Counted from the first letter of the stretch, positions 16,986-26,794 are shown. The stretch: DNA of 51,096 nt from Acidobacteriota bacterium (GCA_022821265.1 JAJEDW010000177.1:1-51096), one strand, 5' to 3'. Notes: generated by a model from the letters alone, not told the origin. Program-made: numbers and translations.

Positions 16986-17984
16986 TCAGCCGACCAACTC
17001 CAGCAACGCGTCGGCGACGGCGTCGGGCCGATGCCGCGGCAGGTCGTGCCCCGCCCCTTCCACGATGCGGCGCGCGACGAGCGCGGGGAACCGCGCCCGA
17101 TCCGCCGTCGGGTCCGGCGACGGCCGTCCCCCGAGCCCGCTGGCCGTTCCCCGCAACACGATGGCCGGCACCTAGACCGGCGGGCGGTCGGCGAGCCGGC
17201 GCTCGACGTCGAGGAACCGGTCCTCCCCGGGCGCGTTCATCTGCCGGTGCCTGTAGGAATGGACCACGACGGGCACGAAGTCCGGGTTGTCGAACGACGG
17301 CGCCGAGCGCTCGTAGACCTCGTCGGTGTATTCCCATTCCGGCGACCACGTGTCCCAGAGATAACGGACGATGTCGTGTCGGTCCGCCTCCAGCGCCCGC
17401 GCCCCCGGATCGGTGTTGAAGTACCACATGTACCAGAACCGGGCCGCCTGTCGGGCCGGCATCGGCGGGTTGGGCGTGACGGTGTTCTGCACCGAATACC
17501 CCCCGACGACGACCTGGCCGATGAAGCGCTCCGGCCGGAGAATGGCCGCCACGCAGGCGGCCCGGTTGCCCCAGTCGAACCCGGACACGGCGAAACGCTC
17601 GATCCCCAGGGCGTCGGCGAAATCGATCAGGTCCTGCCCGATGGCGGCCTGCTCGGCCATGCGCGGCGCCGCCGGGTCGAGAAACCGGGTGGGCCCGTAA
17701 CCCCGCAGGTACGGCACGAGCACGCGATGGCCGGCGTCGGCGAGGGGACCGACGACGCCGTCGAACGAGCGGACGTCGTAGGGAAAGCCGTGCAGCAGGA
17801 TGATGGCCGCGCCGTCCGGGGGGCCGTGCTCCTCGTAGCCGATGTCGATCACGGGCGTGCGGACGCTTTGCGGCGCCGGCGCGGCGGCGGACTGTGCCCG
17901 GGAACGCGTCCCGGCGCCGGCCGTGGCGGCCGCCAGGCTCGCGGCGGCCGTGGTCTTCAGGAAGTCGCGTCGACTGTGCGGCAT
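16986..17984 (-). CDS. Tat-exported alpha/beta-fold hydrolase (epoxide hydrolase/haloalkane dehalogenase-like) interrupted by in-frame TAG at 17172-17174
   Basis: Tat signal MPHSRRDFLKTTAAASLAAATAG, LLHGFPYD, nucleophile-elbow region VSGFDWGN. Sequence reads ...RLADRPPV-TAG-VPAIVLRGT...VEGAGHDLPRHRPDAV. Track ORFs 17172..17984 and 16986..17171 abut in the same frame. The catalytic-His motif lies after the TAG. Confidence 0.8.
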
Positions 17985-18067
17985 GACGTTGCCTCCTCTC
18001 GGTGGGTCCCATTGTACGCGGACGCGGCGTCCGACAGGGCGCGTCGCCGCGCGCCTTCACAACTCCG

Positions 18068-18096
18068 TGGACAATCGATTCCATCGTTTGTATTCT
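18068..18096 (+). promoter_or_regulatory. candidate sigma70-like promoter (TGGACA-N17-TATTCT)
   Basis: Read directly, about 33 nt upstream of ATG 18129 in the divergent intergenic region. Sequence resemblance only. Confidence 0.3.
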
Positions 18097-18128
18097 CCGG
18101 CTACCGCCAGGACGGCGGGCGGAGGGCC

Positions 18129-18998
18129 ATGCGCGCGACGCTTATCATCGTCTTTTCGATTACGCTGACGGCGCCCGGCGCCGCCGCGCAGCGGGATCTC
18201 ACGGGAAACTGGTCGCCACCGCGGCAGGAGGACCGGCTCGAGCGCGGTCCCGGACCCGCGCTGGCGGACTTTGTCGGCCTCCCGATCAACGAGGCGGGGC
18301 GGCAGTTCGCGCTGAGCTGGGACCCGTCGCGTTACACGCTGCCCGAGCACCAGTGCCAGGTGCACACGGTCGGCTACATCTACCGCGGGCCGCTGCGCCT
18401 GCGGATCTGGGAAGAACGCGACCCGGCGTCCCAGGAGCTGATCGCGATCCGGCAGTACATCAGCACGTACGAACAGTCCCGGACGATCTGGATGGACGGA
18501 CGCGCGCACCCGTCCGAAAACGCGCCCCACACGTGGATGGGTTTCTCCACGGGCGAATGGGTGGGCGACAAGCTGCGGGTCCGCACCACGCATATCAAGC
18601 AGGGCTGGCACCGGCGCAACGGCCTGCCCTCGAGCGACCGGATGGAGCTCATCGAGTACTTCGCCCGGCACGGCGAGGTGATGACGCACATCACGATCGC
18701 CGACGATCCGGACTTCCTGGCCGAACCGATGGTCAAGAGCCAATCGTTCCGGCTGAACGAGGAATCCGACGGCAACTGGCTCTGGCCGTGCGAGTACGTC
18801 GTCGAGGTCGCCGGCCGGGAGCAGGGCGACGTCCCGCACTACCTGCCGGGGGAGAACCCGTTCGTGGCGGACTTCGCCGAACGCCACGGCATTCCCGTCG
18901 AAGCCGCCCTGGGCGGCGTCGAGACCACACGGCCCGAGTACATCCGGACGCTCCGGGCCTGGCAGGCCGGGCGCGACTCACAGGACCGGCAAGACTAG
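18129..18998 (+). CDS. secreted conserved hypothetical protein (family copy 1; paralog of 34655..35521)
   Basis: ATG 18129 preceded by GGAGGG. Signal MRATLIIVFSITLTAPGAAAQ. Shares DLTGxW, GLPxxExG, WxGFSTGEWxGDxLxV and a late xCE motif with 34655..35521. The first 970 codons of track ORF 15219..18998 are antisense artefact. Confidence 0.6.
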   Translation: MRATLIIVFSITLTAPGAAAQRDLTGNWSPPRQEDRLERGPGPALADFVGLPINEAGRQFALSWDPSRYTLPEHQCQVHTVGYIYRGPLRLRIWEERDPASQELIAIRQYISTYEQSRTIWMDGRAHPSENAPHTWMGFSTGEWVGDKLRVRTTHIKQGWHRRNGLPSSDRMELIEYFARHGEVMTHITIADDPDFLAEPMVKSQSFRLNEESDGNWLWPCEYVVEVAGREQGDVPHYLPGENPFVADFAERHGIPVEAALGGVETTRPEYIRTLRAWQAGRDSQDRQD

Positions 18999-19010
18999 GA
19001 GGAAAGCACT

Positions 19011-20507
19011 ATGACCGGAATCATCGGCGCGGCCGCTCTGGCCCTGGCGTTCCAGGCGACGCCCTGCGAGGGCCTCACCGCGTTCACGATCGAGAAAGGC
19101 ACGATCACGTCCGCGGACATGGTGCCCGAGGGACCCTTCGTCCGGCCGGGCGGTGGACGGGGTCGCGGCGGACCGGCGGCCGCGCCTGAGCCGATCCCCG
19201 CGCACTGCCGCGTGCGGATGGTCCTGACGCCCACGGACGACTCCCGCATCAACGTGGAGTTGTGGATGCCGGCCGAGGGCTGGAACGGCCGCTTCCTGGC
19301 CGTGGGCAACGGCGGGTTCGCCGGCTCCATCCAGGGCTACGGGAACATGCAGGCGGCGCTCCGCCGCGGCTACGCCACGGCGGGCACGGACACGGGTCAC
19401 TCGAACGCCGAGGACGGACCCGGCGGCATGTTCGGATTGGGCCATCCCGAGAAGATCGTCGATTTCGCCTATCGCGCCGTCCACGACATGACGGTCAAGT
19501 CCAAGCGCGTCATCGACGCCCACTACGCCGAACCGCTCGCCTATTCGTACTTCCAGGGCTGCTCCACCGGGGGACGGCAGGCCATGATGGCGGCCCAGCG
19601 TTATCCCGGCGACTTCGACGGAATCATCGCCGGCGCGCTGGCCAACCGCCACATCTACATGCACACGGCCGGCGTCGCGCGCAACATCCGCGTCGCCCGG
19701 AACCCGGACGAGGCTATTTCCGAAGAGCTGGCCGGATTCGTGTCCGACGCGGTCATGAACCAGTGCGACACGCTCGGCGAGGGCTTCCTGAACAACCCGC
19801 GACAGTGCGCGTTCGACTTTGCTTCCCTGCTCTGCTCGAACGGGAGCGGAAACGCCGACGGCGGACTCTGCCTGACCGCGCCGCAGCTCCGGTCGGTCGA
19901 GACCTGGTACGGCGGCGTCCGGAACAGCCGGGGGGAGATGATCTTCTCGGGCCAGGCGCTGGGCAATCCCATGCGGCCGATGCTGGGAATGGGCGCAAAC
20001 GCCACGGTCTCGGACACGGTCCGGATCTGGGGCTTCCAGGACGAGAACTACGACTGGCGCGAATTCGACCTGGACCGCGACATGCCGATCATCGACGCCG
20101 CGGTCGGCTTCGTGGACGCCGACAACCCCGATCTGCAGGGGTTCCAGGGGCACGGCGGCAAGCTGCTGCTCTACACGGGATGGCGCGACACGGCGATCAC
20201 GCCCGAGAACACCGTGGCGTACTACGAGTCGGTCCTGGAGGAAATGGGCGAGGACCAGGACGACTGGATGCGCCTGTTCATGGCGCCCGGCATGGGACAC
20301 TGCGGCGGGGGCCCCGGCCCGAACACGTTCGACGCGCTCACGACGATGGAGCGGTGGCGCGAGCAGGGCGCCGCCCCGGACCGGATCATGGCGTCGAACC
20401 CGGGCAACGGCCTGACGCGGCCGCTGTGCCCCTATCCGCAGTACGCGCAGTACGACGGCAGCGGCAGCCTGTCCGACGCCGCCAACTGGAGCTGCGCGGC
20501 GCCGTAG
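19011..20507 (+). CDS. tannase/feruloyl esterase family alpha/beta hydrolase
   Basis: Family nucleophile motif GCSTGGRQ. Multiple conserved Cys. C-terminal LCPYPQYAQYDGSGSLSDAANWSC. RBS GGAGGAAAG upstream. Signal-like N-terminus. Confidence 0.85.
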   Translation: MTGIIGAAALALAFQATPCEGLTAFTIEKGTITSADMVPEGPFVRPGGGRGRGGPAAAPEPIPAHCRVRMVLTPTDDSRINVELWMPAEGWNGRFLAVGNGGFAGSIQGYGNMQAALRRGYATAGTDTGHSNAEDGPGGMFGLGHPEKIVDFAYRAVHDMTVKSKRVIDAHYAEPLAYSYFQGCSTGGRQAMMAAQRYPGDFDGIIAGALANRHIYMHTAGVARNIRVARNPDEAISEELAGFVSDAVMNQCDTLGEGFLNNPRQCAFDFASLLCSNGSGNADGGLCLTAPQLRSVETWYGGVRNSRGEMIFSGQALGNPMRPMLGMGANATVSDTVRIWGFQDENYDWREFDLDRDMPIIDAAVGFVDADNPDLQGFQGHGGKLLLYTGWRDTAITPENTVAYYESVLEEMGEDQDDWMRLFMAPGMGHCGGGPGPNTFDALTTMERWREQGAAPDRIMASNPGNGLTRPLCPYPQYAQYDGSGSLSDAANWSCAAP

Positions 20508-20519
20508 CCGCCGGATGGA

Positions 20520-21380
20520 TCAGTACCGGCAGGTCTCGGGGTCGGACTCGACGTAGTACGACTTGAAGTTGGCGGCGGCCGGGTCCATGCAACCCTCCAG
20601 GTTCAGCAGCTCGACCCGGCGGAACTGGATGGGGTGCCCCTCGCTCTGGAGCGAGATGTAGCCGTCCGACAACGCGTGGCCGTCCGGCTTCGCCTCCGGC
20701 CGGTGGCCAGCGACGGCCCCGCCGCCGACGGTCGTTCCCCCGTACTCCATGACGGGGTCCCCGTTGACGAAGTGGACGAACCGTTCGTTGCCCAGCACCA
20801 GGACCTCCACCGTCACCCACTGGTCGCCGTCGTAGGTCTCCGACGCGGATTCGATGCAGTGCGTCGACGTGAACCGGCCCTGGTAGACGATGTGGGTCCC
20901 TGGCGAGCACATGTTCGCGGTGGAGCGGGGTTGCCCGTCGCCGAACCCGCCCAGGAACTGCACCTCGACCGAAACCGGAAAGTTCTGGGCCGCGGGCATC
21001 GTTTCCGGGGCCTGCGAATGCAGCATGACGCCGCTGTTGCGCCGCGCCCACTCCGGCGCGCCGGGCACGGACTCGCCCGTGAACCGGTACTCGACGATCA
21101 GCCGGTAGTGCGAGTAGGGCTCCCGGTAGAAGATGTGGCCGAACCGGTCGTCGAACGCCTCGTACGCGTCGTAGCCGACCGTCAACAACCCGTCCTCGAC
21201 GCGGAACGTGCCGCCGAAGTTGTCGCCGGCCTCGTACCCGCGAATCTTGACGGTCCATCCGTCCAGGTCCCGGCCGTTGAACAGGGGCGTCCAGTCTTCC
21301 GCGTCGGCGGCGTCCTGCGCCAAGCCGGCGGATGAGGCCAGCGCGACGGCCGCCCACGCGAGAACGGCTGCGGTCTTCAT
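20520..21380 (-). CDS. DUF1080 (3-keto-disaccharide hydrolase-like) domain protein, secreted
   Basis: Start trimmed to ATG 21380 (MKTAAVLAWAAVALASSAGLAQ). WTPLFNGRDLDGW near the N-terminus and GYISLQSEGHPIQFRRVEL near the C-terminus are DUF1080 hallmarks. Confidence 0.8.
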   Translation of the reverse strand: MKTAAVLAWAAVALASSAGLAQDAADAEDWTPLFNGRDLDGWTVKIRGYEAGDNFGGTFRVEDGLLTVGYDAYEAFDDRFGHIFYREPYSHYRLIVEYRFTGESVPGAPEWARRNSGVMLHSQAPETMPAAQNFPVSVEVQFLGGFGDGQPRSTANMCSPGTHIVYQGRFTSTHCIESASETYDGDQWVTVEVLVLGNERFVHFVNGDPVMEYGGTTVGGGAVAGHRPEAKPDGHALSDGYISLQSEGHPIQFRRVELLNLEGCMDPAAANFKSYYVESDPETCRY

Positions 21381-21483
21381 GAGGGTAAGTTCCTTTTTCG
21401 ACTGGAGTTTGCGGCCCCAGTATAGGCGCCGGCCCCATGGCAATTCAGCATATATTTTGCTAACGTCACCGAGGCCGCGATCC

Positions 21484-22485
21484 ATGAAGAAACTCGCATT
21501 CGTCCTGCTTTCGATCGGTCTGACTTCCGGCTGCGGGAGCTCGGGCGACGCCAACCAGGTGCGCCTGACCCGGGGCGCCGGGGGCGTCGGCTTCCTGCCG
21601 CTGCTGGTGATGGAAGAGCGCGGCCTCATCGAGAAGCACGCCGCCGAGGCCGGCGTCCCCGATCTGGACGTCCGGTGGATCGACCTGGGCGGCCCGGCCA
21701 TCGTCAACGACGCGCTGTTGTCCGGGTCGGCGGACTTCGTCTCGGCGGGGCCACCGGCGTTCCTCACGCTCTGGGACCGGACGCGCGACTCGGTCCAGGT
21801 GCGGGGCGTGGCGGCGATGACCTCGCTGCCGATGTACCTGAACACGCACGCCGCGCACCTGGAATCGCTGGACGACTTCACCGAACAGGACAAGATCGCC
21901 CTCACGGCGATCAAGGTTTCGATTCCGGCCATCATCATGCAGATGTATGCGGCCGAGAACTACGGCGTGGAGCAGTTCGAGCGCTTCGACCCGTTCACGG
22001 TTTCCATGACGCATCCCGACGGCGTCGTGGCGATGCTCGCGCGCGCGGGGGGCGTCAACGCCCACTTCACCTCTCCGCCGTTCCACCAGCGCGAGATCCA
22101 GGACCCCGGGATCCGGACCATCATGACCACCCGCGACGTCATGGGCGGATCGACGACGTTCACGATGCTGTCGACGACCGCGCGGTACAGGGACGAGAAC
22201 CCCGCCGTCCACGCCGCGGTGATCGCAGCCCTGGAAGAGGCCAACGCCGTGATCCGCCAGGACACGCGGGCCGCCGCCGAGCTGCTGCTGGCGCGAAGTC
22301 CCGGCGGCTTCACCGTGGACGACATCGCCGCGGTCCTGGAGGACCCGGACATCCGGTTCACGACGACGCCGGAGAACGTCACCCGCTACGCCGACTTCAT
22401 GGCCCGCATCGGCACGATCGCCCGACAGCCCGCCTCGTGGCGCGAGCTGTTCTTCCCCGAGATCCACGACGCCGACGGAAGCTGA
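21484..22485 (+). CDS. ABC transporter substrate-binding lipoprotein (NitT/TauT, NMT1-like family)
   Basis: Start trimmed to ATG 21484. Lipobox LLSIGLTSGC. Followed directly by the cognate ATPase and permease genes. Confidence 0.8.
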   Translation: MKKLAFVLLSIGLTSGCGSSGDANQVRLTRGAGGVGFLPLLVMEERGLIEKHAAEAGVPDLDVRWIDLGGPAIVNDALLSGSADFVSAGPPAFLTLWDRTRDSVQVRGVAAMTSLPMYLNTHAAHLESLDDFTEQDKIALTAIKVSIPAIIMQMYAAENYGVEQFERFDPFTVSMTHPDGVVAMLARAGGVNAHFTSPPFHQREIQDPGIRTIMTTRDVMGGSTTFTMLSTTARYRDENPAVHAAVIAALEEANAVIRQDTRAAAELLLARSPGGFTVDDIAAVLEDPDIRFTTTPENVTRYADFMARIGTIARQPASWRELFFPEIHDADGS

Positions 22486-22489
22486 AGCG

Positions 22490-23266
22490 ATGACGACGGG
22501 CCCGCTCCTGGAGGTCGACGGCGTCACGCTCCAATACGCGACCCAGCAACACCTGACGACGGCCACCTACCGCGTGGGCTTCCAGGTTCTCCGATCGGAC
22601 CGCTTCGTGATCCTCGGCCCTTCGGGCTGCGGCAAGTCCACGATCCTGAAAGCCGTCGGCGGTTTCGTCACGCCGGTCGAGGGACGGATCCTGCTTCGCG
22701 GCCGGCCCATCGACGGACCCGGACCGGACCGCGCTTTCGTGTTCCAGGAATTCGACCAGTTGCTGCCGTGGAAGACCGTCCGGGAGAACGTCACGTTCGC
22801 GCTGACGTCGAGCGGCACGCTCGCGGGAAAGGAGGCCGTCGACCGGGCCATGCACTACATCGGCAAGGTCAACCTCACCCCCTTCGCCGACCGCTATCCG
22901 CACACGCTCTCCGGCGGCATGAAGCAGCGGGTGGCCATCGCGCGGGGCATGGCCATGGAACCCGACATCCTGTTGATGGACGAGCCGTTCGCCGCGCTCG
23001 ACGCCCTGACCCGGTCCCGGATGCAGGAAGACCTGCTCGAGCTGTGGGAGGAGACCCGGTTCACGGTCCTGTTCGTCACCCACTCCATAGACGAAGCCGT
23101 CCGCATCGGCAACCGCATCCTGCTGCTCAGCGCCCACCCGGGCCGCGTGAAGGCCGAGATCAACAGCTCCGGGACCGACTCCGACGGCCGGGGCGGCTCG
23201 ATCTCGGACCGGATCCACGCGCTGCTGTTCGGGGACGAGGCGGAAGGAGACCCCTCCGATGGCTGA
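22490..23266 (+). CDS. ABC transporter ATP-binding protein (NitT/TauT family)
   Basis: Walker A GPSGCGKST, signature LSGGMKQRVAIARG, Walker B ILLMDEPF. Confidence 0.9.
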   Translation: MTTGPLLEVDGVTLQYATQQHLTTATYRVGFQVLRSDRFVILGPSGCGKSTILKAVGGFVTPVEGRILLRGRPIDGPGPDRAFVFQEFDQLLPWKTVRENVTFALTSSGTLAGKEAVDRAMHYIGKVNLTPFADRYPHTLSGGMKQRVAIARGMAMEPDILLMDEPFAALDALTRSRMQEDLLELWEETRFTVLFVTHSIDEAVRIGNRILLLSAHPGRVKAEINSSGTDSDGRGGSISDRIHALLFGDEAEGDPSDG

Positions 23267-24131
23267 AACCGCCGGCGCGCCCGAACGCCCCGAGCTTTTC
23301 TACGAGATCACCGACACCGTCGGCGAGGTGGCGCCGCGGCCCGTGGGCGGCTGGCGCCGCTATTGGGACAGCGCGACGGCGCGGAAGATCACGCTGCTGG
23401 CCGTGCTGGCCGTAGTGTGGGAAGGCTACGGGCGCTGGCTCGACGACGCGCTGCTGTTTCCCACGTTCTCGGCGGCCGTCGGCGCGCTGGCATCGTCGAT
23501 CGCATCGGGCGAGCTGCCCGGCGCGGCGGCCTTCACGATCCAGCTCCTGCTGAAGGGTTACGCGGCCGGCCTCGTCCTGGCGGCCATCCTGACCTCGGTG
23601 GCCAGCGTCACCCGCATCGGCGCCGACTTCCTCGAGACCGTGGCGTCGATGTTCAACCCGCTCCCGTCGATCGCCATGCTCCCGCTGGCCTTGATCTGGT
23701 TCGGGATCGGCGAGAACGCCATCATCTTCGTCCTGATCCACGCCGTGCTGTGGGCCGTCGCGCTCAACGCGCACGCGGGCTGCCGTAGCGTCAGCCCGAC
23801 GCTTCGGATGGTCGGGCTGAACTACGGGCTCTCGCCCTTCGGCTACATCCGGCGCATCCTGCTGCCGGGCGCCTTCCCGAGCATCCTGACGGGCCTGAAG
23901 GTGGGTTGGGCCTTCGCCTGGCGGACGCTGATCGCCGCGGAGCTGGTCTTCGGCACGACGGGCGGATCGGGCGGCCTGGGCTGGTTCATCTACAACCACC
24001 GGAACCAGCTCAACACGGCCAACGTCTTCGCGGGTCTGTTGACGGTGATCCTGTTCGGCCTGCTGGTGGAGAACCTCATCTTCAAGTCGATCGAGAACCG
24101 CACGGTGCGGCGCTGGGGGATGCAGGCGTAG
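23259..24131 (+). CDS. ABC transporter permease (NitT/TauT family)
   Basis: 8-nt overlap with the ATPase gene. About 6 TM helices. Typical EAA-like loop region (LNYGLSPFGYIRRILLPGAFPSILTGLKV). Confidence 0.85.
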   Translation: MAETAGAPERPELFYEITDTVGEVAPRPVGGWRRYWDSATARKITLLAVLAVVWEGYGRWLDDALLFPTFSAAVGALASSIASGELPGAAAFTIQLLLKGYAAGLVLAAILTSVASVTRIGADFLETVASMFNPLPSIAMLPLALIWFGIGENAIIFVLIHAVLWAVALNAHAGCRSVSPTLRMVGLNYGLSPFGYIRRILLPGAFPSILTGLKVGWAFAWRTLIAAELVFGTTGGSGGLGWFIYNHRNQLNTANVFAGLLTVILFGLLVENLIFKSIENRTVRRWGMQA

Positions 24132-24293
24132 GGGCTCGGCGTGCGCTTCGTCACGTGCCCAGATGGGCCGGCCGGCGCTCGCAAGTCCGGACCGAAGTTC
24201 CACAATATCCTGCAACCGGCGAGCCGTGCCCGATTCAGTCCGGTAGAATGTTCGACATCGGCCCGTGTCGAAGTCTTCCCCGGGGAGATCGTC

Positions 24294-24587
24294 GTGAGCA
24301 AGAGAGCCAACGAACCTATCGTGATCCAGCGAATTCCCATGACCCAGGCCCGTATCAACCTGGGTCAGGTCGTGCGCCGCGCGCACGTGAACAAGGAGTA
24401 TTTCGTGCTGGAGAAAGACGGCGTTCCGGTTGCCGGAATCATCGACATCGATGAGCTCGAGGATTACCTCGAACTGCGCGATCCAGCCGTCATGCGACAG
24501 ATTCGCGAGAGCGCCCGGCAACACCGCGCCGGGAACTCCGAGGAAGCCGGACATCTGATCGCCGCGCTCAAGGCCTCCAAGCGCTGA
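24294..24587 (+). CDS. Phd/YefM-family antitoxin, solitary (no adjacent toxin gene)
   Basis: IPMTQARINLGQVVRRAHVNKEYFVLEKDGVPVAGIIDIDELEDYLEL is typical of the Phd/YefM fold. GTG 24294 preceded by GGGGAG; ATG 24339 is an alternative start. Confidence 0.65.
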   Translation: MSKRANEPIVIQRIPMTQARINLGQVVRRAHVNKEYFVLEKDGVPVAGIIDIDELEDYLELRDPAVMRQIRESARQHRAGNSEEAGHLIAALKASKR

Positions 24588-24633
24588 CGCGATTCGGAAC
24601 CGGCCGAATTCCGCCCACGATTACGCCCGGCTT

Positions 24634-25485
24634 CTACGCCCCTCGCAGCCTCGCCTCCGCATCCACGGCCACCCGGCGCTCCGCGTCCCGGGCCCAGAGC
24701 CGCACGGGGCCGTCATCATCGCCGGCGTTCCCGCACACCCAGAACGGCGCCGTGTCGAAAAGCGGGCGCACGGCCCGGAAACGGAACGCCGCGACCTCGT
24801 CCTTGGGCCGGTGACGCCGCAGCAGGTCCAGGAGCAGCGTGGCCAAAAGTGGGCCGTGGACGACCAGTCCCGGATACCCCTCGGTCTCGGTCGCGTAGCG
24901 GCGGTCGTAGTGAATCCGGTGTGCGTTGAACGTCAGCGCGGAATACCGGAACAGCAAGACGTCGTCGGGGTCGACGCGCCGCATCCAGGCCTCGTCCGCG
25001 GGGGCCTCGCGCGCCGGCGGGCCGGGGCCGTTCGCTTCCGCTGCGCCGCGGTAGACGATGTCGTGCTCCTCGCGGATCGCCACGCCGTCATCGTTGGAAA
25101 TCTCGTGCTCGACGACGACGAACAGCAACGTCCCGCTGCGCCCTTCCTTTCCCACGACGTCGACGATGCGCGACCGGCGCGTCACCGCGTCGCCGACCCT
25201 CAGCGCGCCGGCGAACTCCAGCCGGCCGCCCGCCCACATGCGGCGCGGCAGCGGAGAAGGCGGGAGGAACCCGCCGGTGACGGGATGGCCTTCCGGTCCA
25301 AGGCCGGACTGAGGCTCGTGCGGAAGGAAATACAGCCAGTGCCACAGCGGCGGGAGCGCGTCACCCGCCCCGGGATACGGGTCGTCCCGGTCCAGAGTCG
25401 CCGACAGCCCCGCCATCGGGGCGGGCGTGATCCGGTCTGTCCGGGTCTCGGTCCGGCCGATCCATTCGCGGAGGTCCGTGGACAT
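24634..25485 (-). CDS. MaoC/FAS1-like double hot-dog (de)hydratase (itaconyl-/mesaconyl-CoA hydratase-like)
   Basis: PPLWHWLYF, GGRLEF, LFRYSALTFNAHRIHYD and VVHGPLLATLLLDLL fit the MaoC N-terminal/HTD2-like family. Substrate not inferable. Confidence 0.7.
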   Translation of the reverse strand: MSTDLREWIGRTETRTDRITPAPMAGLSATLDRDDPYPGAGDALPPLWHWLYFLPHEPQSGLGPEGHPVTGGFLPPSPLPRRMWAGGRLEFAGALRVGDAVTRRSRIVDVVGKEGRSGTLLFVVVEHEISNDDGVAIREEHDIVYRGAAEANGPGPPAREAPADEAWMRRVDPDDVLLFRYSALTFNAHRIHYDRRYATETEGYPGLVVHGPLLATLLLDLLRRHRPKDEVAAFRFRAVRPLFDTAPFWVCGNAGDDDGPVRLWARDAERRVAVDAEARLRGA

Positions 25486-25506
25486 CGGCGGTCAGGAACC
25501 GCGCGT

Positions 25507-25803
25507 TCAGCCCCGAATCAGGGCGCCGACCACGGTCAGCATGAACGCGATCTGCATCGCGACCAACCACGTGAATTGGCGGGAGACCTTCCGGTCCATC
25601 GCGTCGACCCGCGAAGTCAGTCGCTGGTCCAGGGCGTCGATGCGCGAACCGAGCTCCGCGCGGAACCGGTCGACTTTCCGGTCCAGCGCCAGGACGTGCC
25701 CGTCGGTGTGGACCAACAAGTCTCGAATCTCGCCGAATCCCCGGGAATGCTCTTCCACTTTACCTTCCAGATACGCTACGCGCTCTTCCACGGATGGTCG
25801 CAT
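25507..25803 (-). CDS. small coiled-coil protein with C-terminal TM anchor, hypothetical
   Basis: Heptad-like repeats (LDRKVDRFRAELGSRIDALDQRLTSRVDAMDRKV) followed by the hydrophobic tail WLVAMQIAFMLTVVGALI. A perfect TATAAT lies on the minus strand at 25821-25826. Confidence 0.5.
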   Translation of the reverse strand: MRPSVEERVAYLEGKVEEHSRGFGEIRDLLVHTDGHVLALDRKVDRFRAELGSRIDALDQRLTSRVDAMDRKVSRQFTWLVAMQIAFMLTVVGALIRG

Positions 25804-26008
25804 CAGGCGCCGCCTGGCCGATTATATCGGATATTCGAATACACCATGCCTCCCCGGCATGCATGTCGATTGCCGTTGACCGGAATCAGTGACTTGCCCC
25901 CGCGCGGGGTCGCGTAATCCCGCGATTCCGCGACTTCGGAGTCCGCCGTTGACGCGGCTTCCCGGACCTTCGTTCGCCGCGGTTCGCGTGTGGTATAACG
26001 TCGGCGCG

Positions 26009-26794
26009 ATGAGCGAGACGGTCTGGGAGATCTACGCCGTGCGCTATGCGCACCACGACCGGACGGCGCGCGAGAACCTGCTGGGCGGGGACCCGCACGA
26101 CAACGCGCCGATGCCGCTGGACTACTTCGTCTGGGCGCTGGTCTCCGGCGATGACGCCCTCGTCGTCGACACGGGCTTCGACCGGGCGATGGCCCAGCGG
26201 CGCGGGCGCGAGTTTCTTCAGTCCCCCGCCGAGGGCCTGGCCGCGATCGGCGTGGATCCCGCCGCCGTCGGGGATGTCGTCATCACCCACATGCACTACG
26301 ACCACTCGGGCAACCACGACATGTTCCCCAACGCCCGTTACCACGTGCAGGATCGGGAAATGCGGTTCGCGACGGGCCGCGCCATGACGCACGCGTTCGC
26401 CCGCTTCCCCTTCGACGAGGAGGACGTCGTCCGGATGGTGCGGCGCGTGTTCCGGAACCGGGTCGTGTTCCACGACGGCGACGACACCGTCACACCCGGC
26501 GTGACCGTGCACCACGTGGGCGGCCACACGATGGGCATGCAGGTCGTCGGCGTGAACACGCGGCGCGGCCGGGTGGTCCTGGCGTCGGACGCGTCGCACC
26601 TGTACGCCAACATCGAGCGCGGGCTTCCGTTTCCGGTCACCTACGACATCTCCGAAGTCCTGGAGGGATACCGCCGGATCTACGCGCTGGCCGACTCGCC
26701 CGGGCACGTCATTCCGGGGCACGACCCGCTGGTGATGGAGCGGTACCCGGCGCCGCGCCCCGAGCTCGAAGGCCGCGTCGTCCGGCTGGACTGA
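26009..26794 (+). CDS. MBL-fold metallo-hydrolase (N-acyl-homoserine-lactonase-like)
   Basis: HxHxDH motif THMHYDHSGN, downstream HVGGHT, and D/H ligands near ASDASH and PGHD. Start trimmed to ATG 26009. Confidence 0.8.
   Translation: MSETVWEIYAVRYAHHDRTARENLLGGDPHDNAPMPLDYFVWALVSGDDALVVDTGFDRAMAQRRGREFLQSPAEGLAAIGVDPAAVGDVVITHMHYDHSGNHDMFPNARYHVQDREMRFATGRAMTHAFARFPFDEEDVVRMVRRVFRNRVVFHDGDDTVTPGVTVHHVGGHTMGMQVVGVNTRRGRVVLASDASHLYANIERGLPFPVTYDISEVLEGYRRIYALADSPGHVIPGHDPLVMERYPAPRPELEGRVVRLD

Noticed and set aside
15219-18128. The first ~970 codons of the 1259-aa ORF 15219..18998. Also the N-terminal extensions of ORFs 8006..9949, 10885..13302, 20520..21938, 21208..22485, 32412..34610 and 42693..46181.
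   Set aside because: The upstream parts are antisense to, or overlap, well-supported genes. The real genes start at internal ATG/GTG codons preceded by Shine-Dalgarno sequences and followed by signal peptides.
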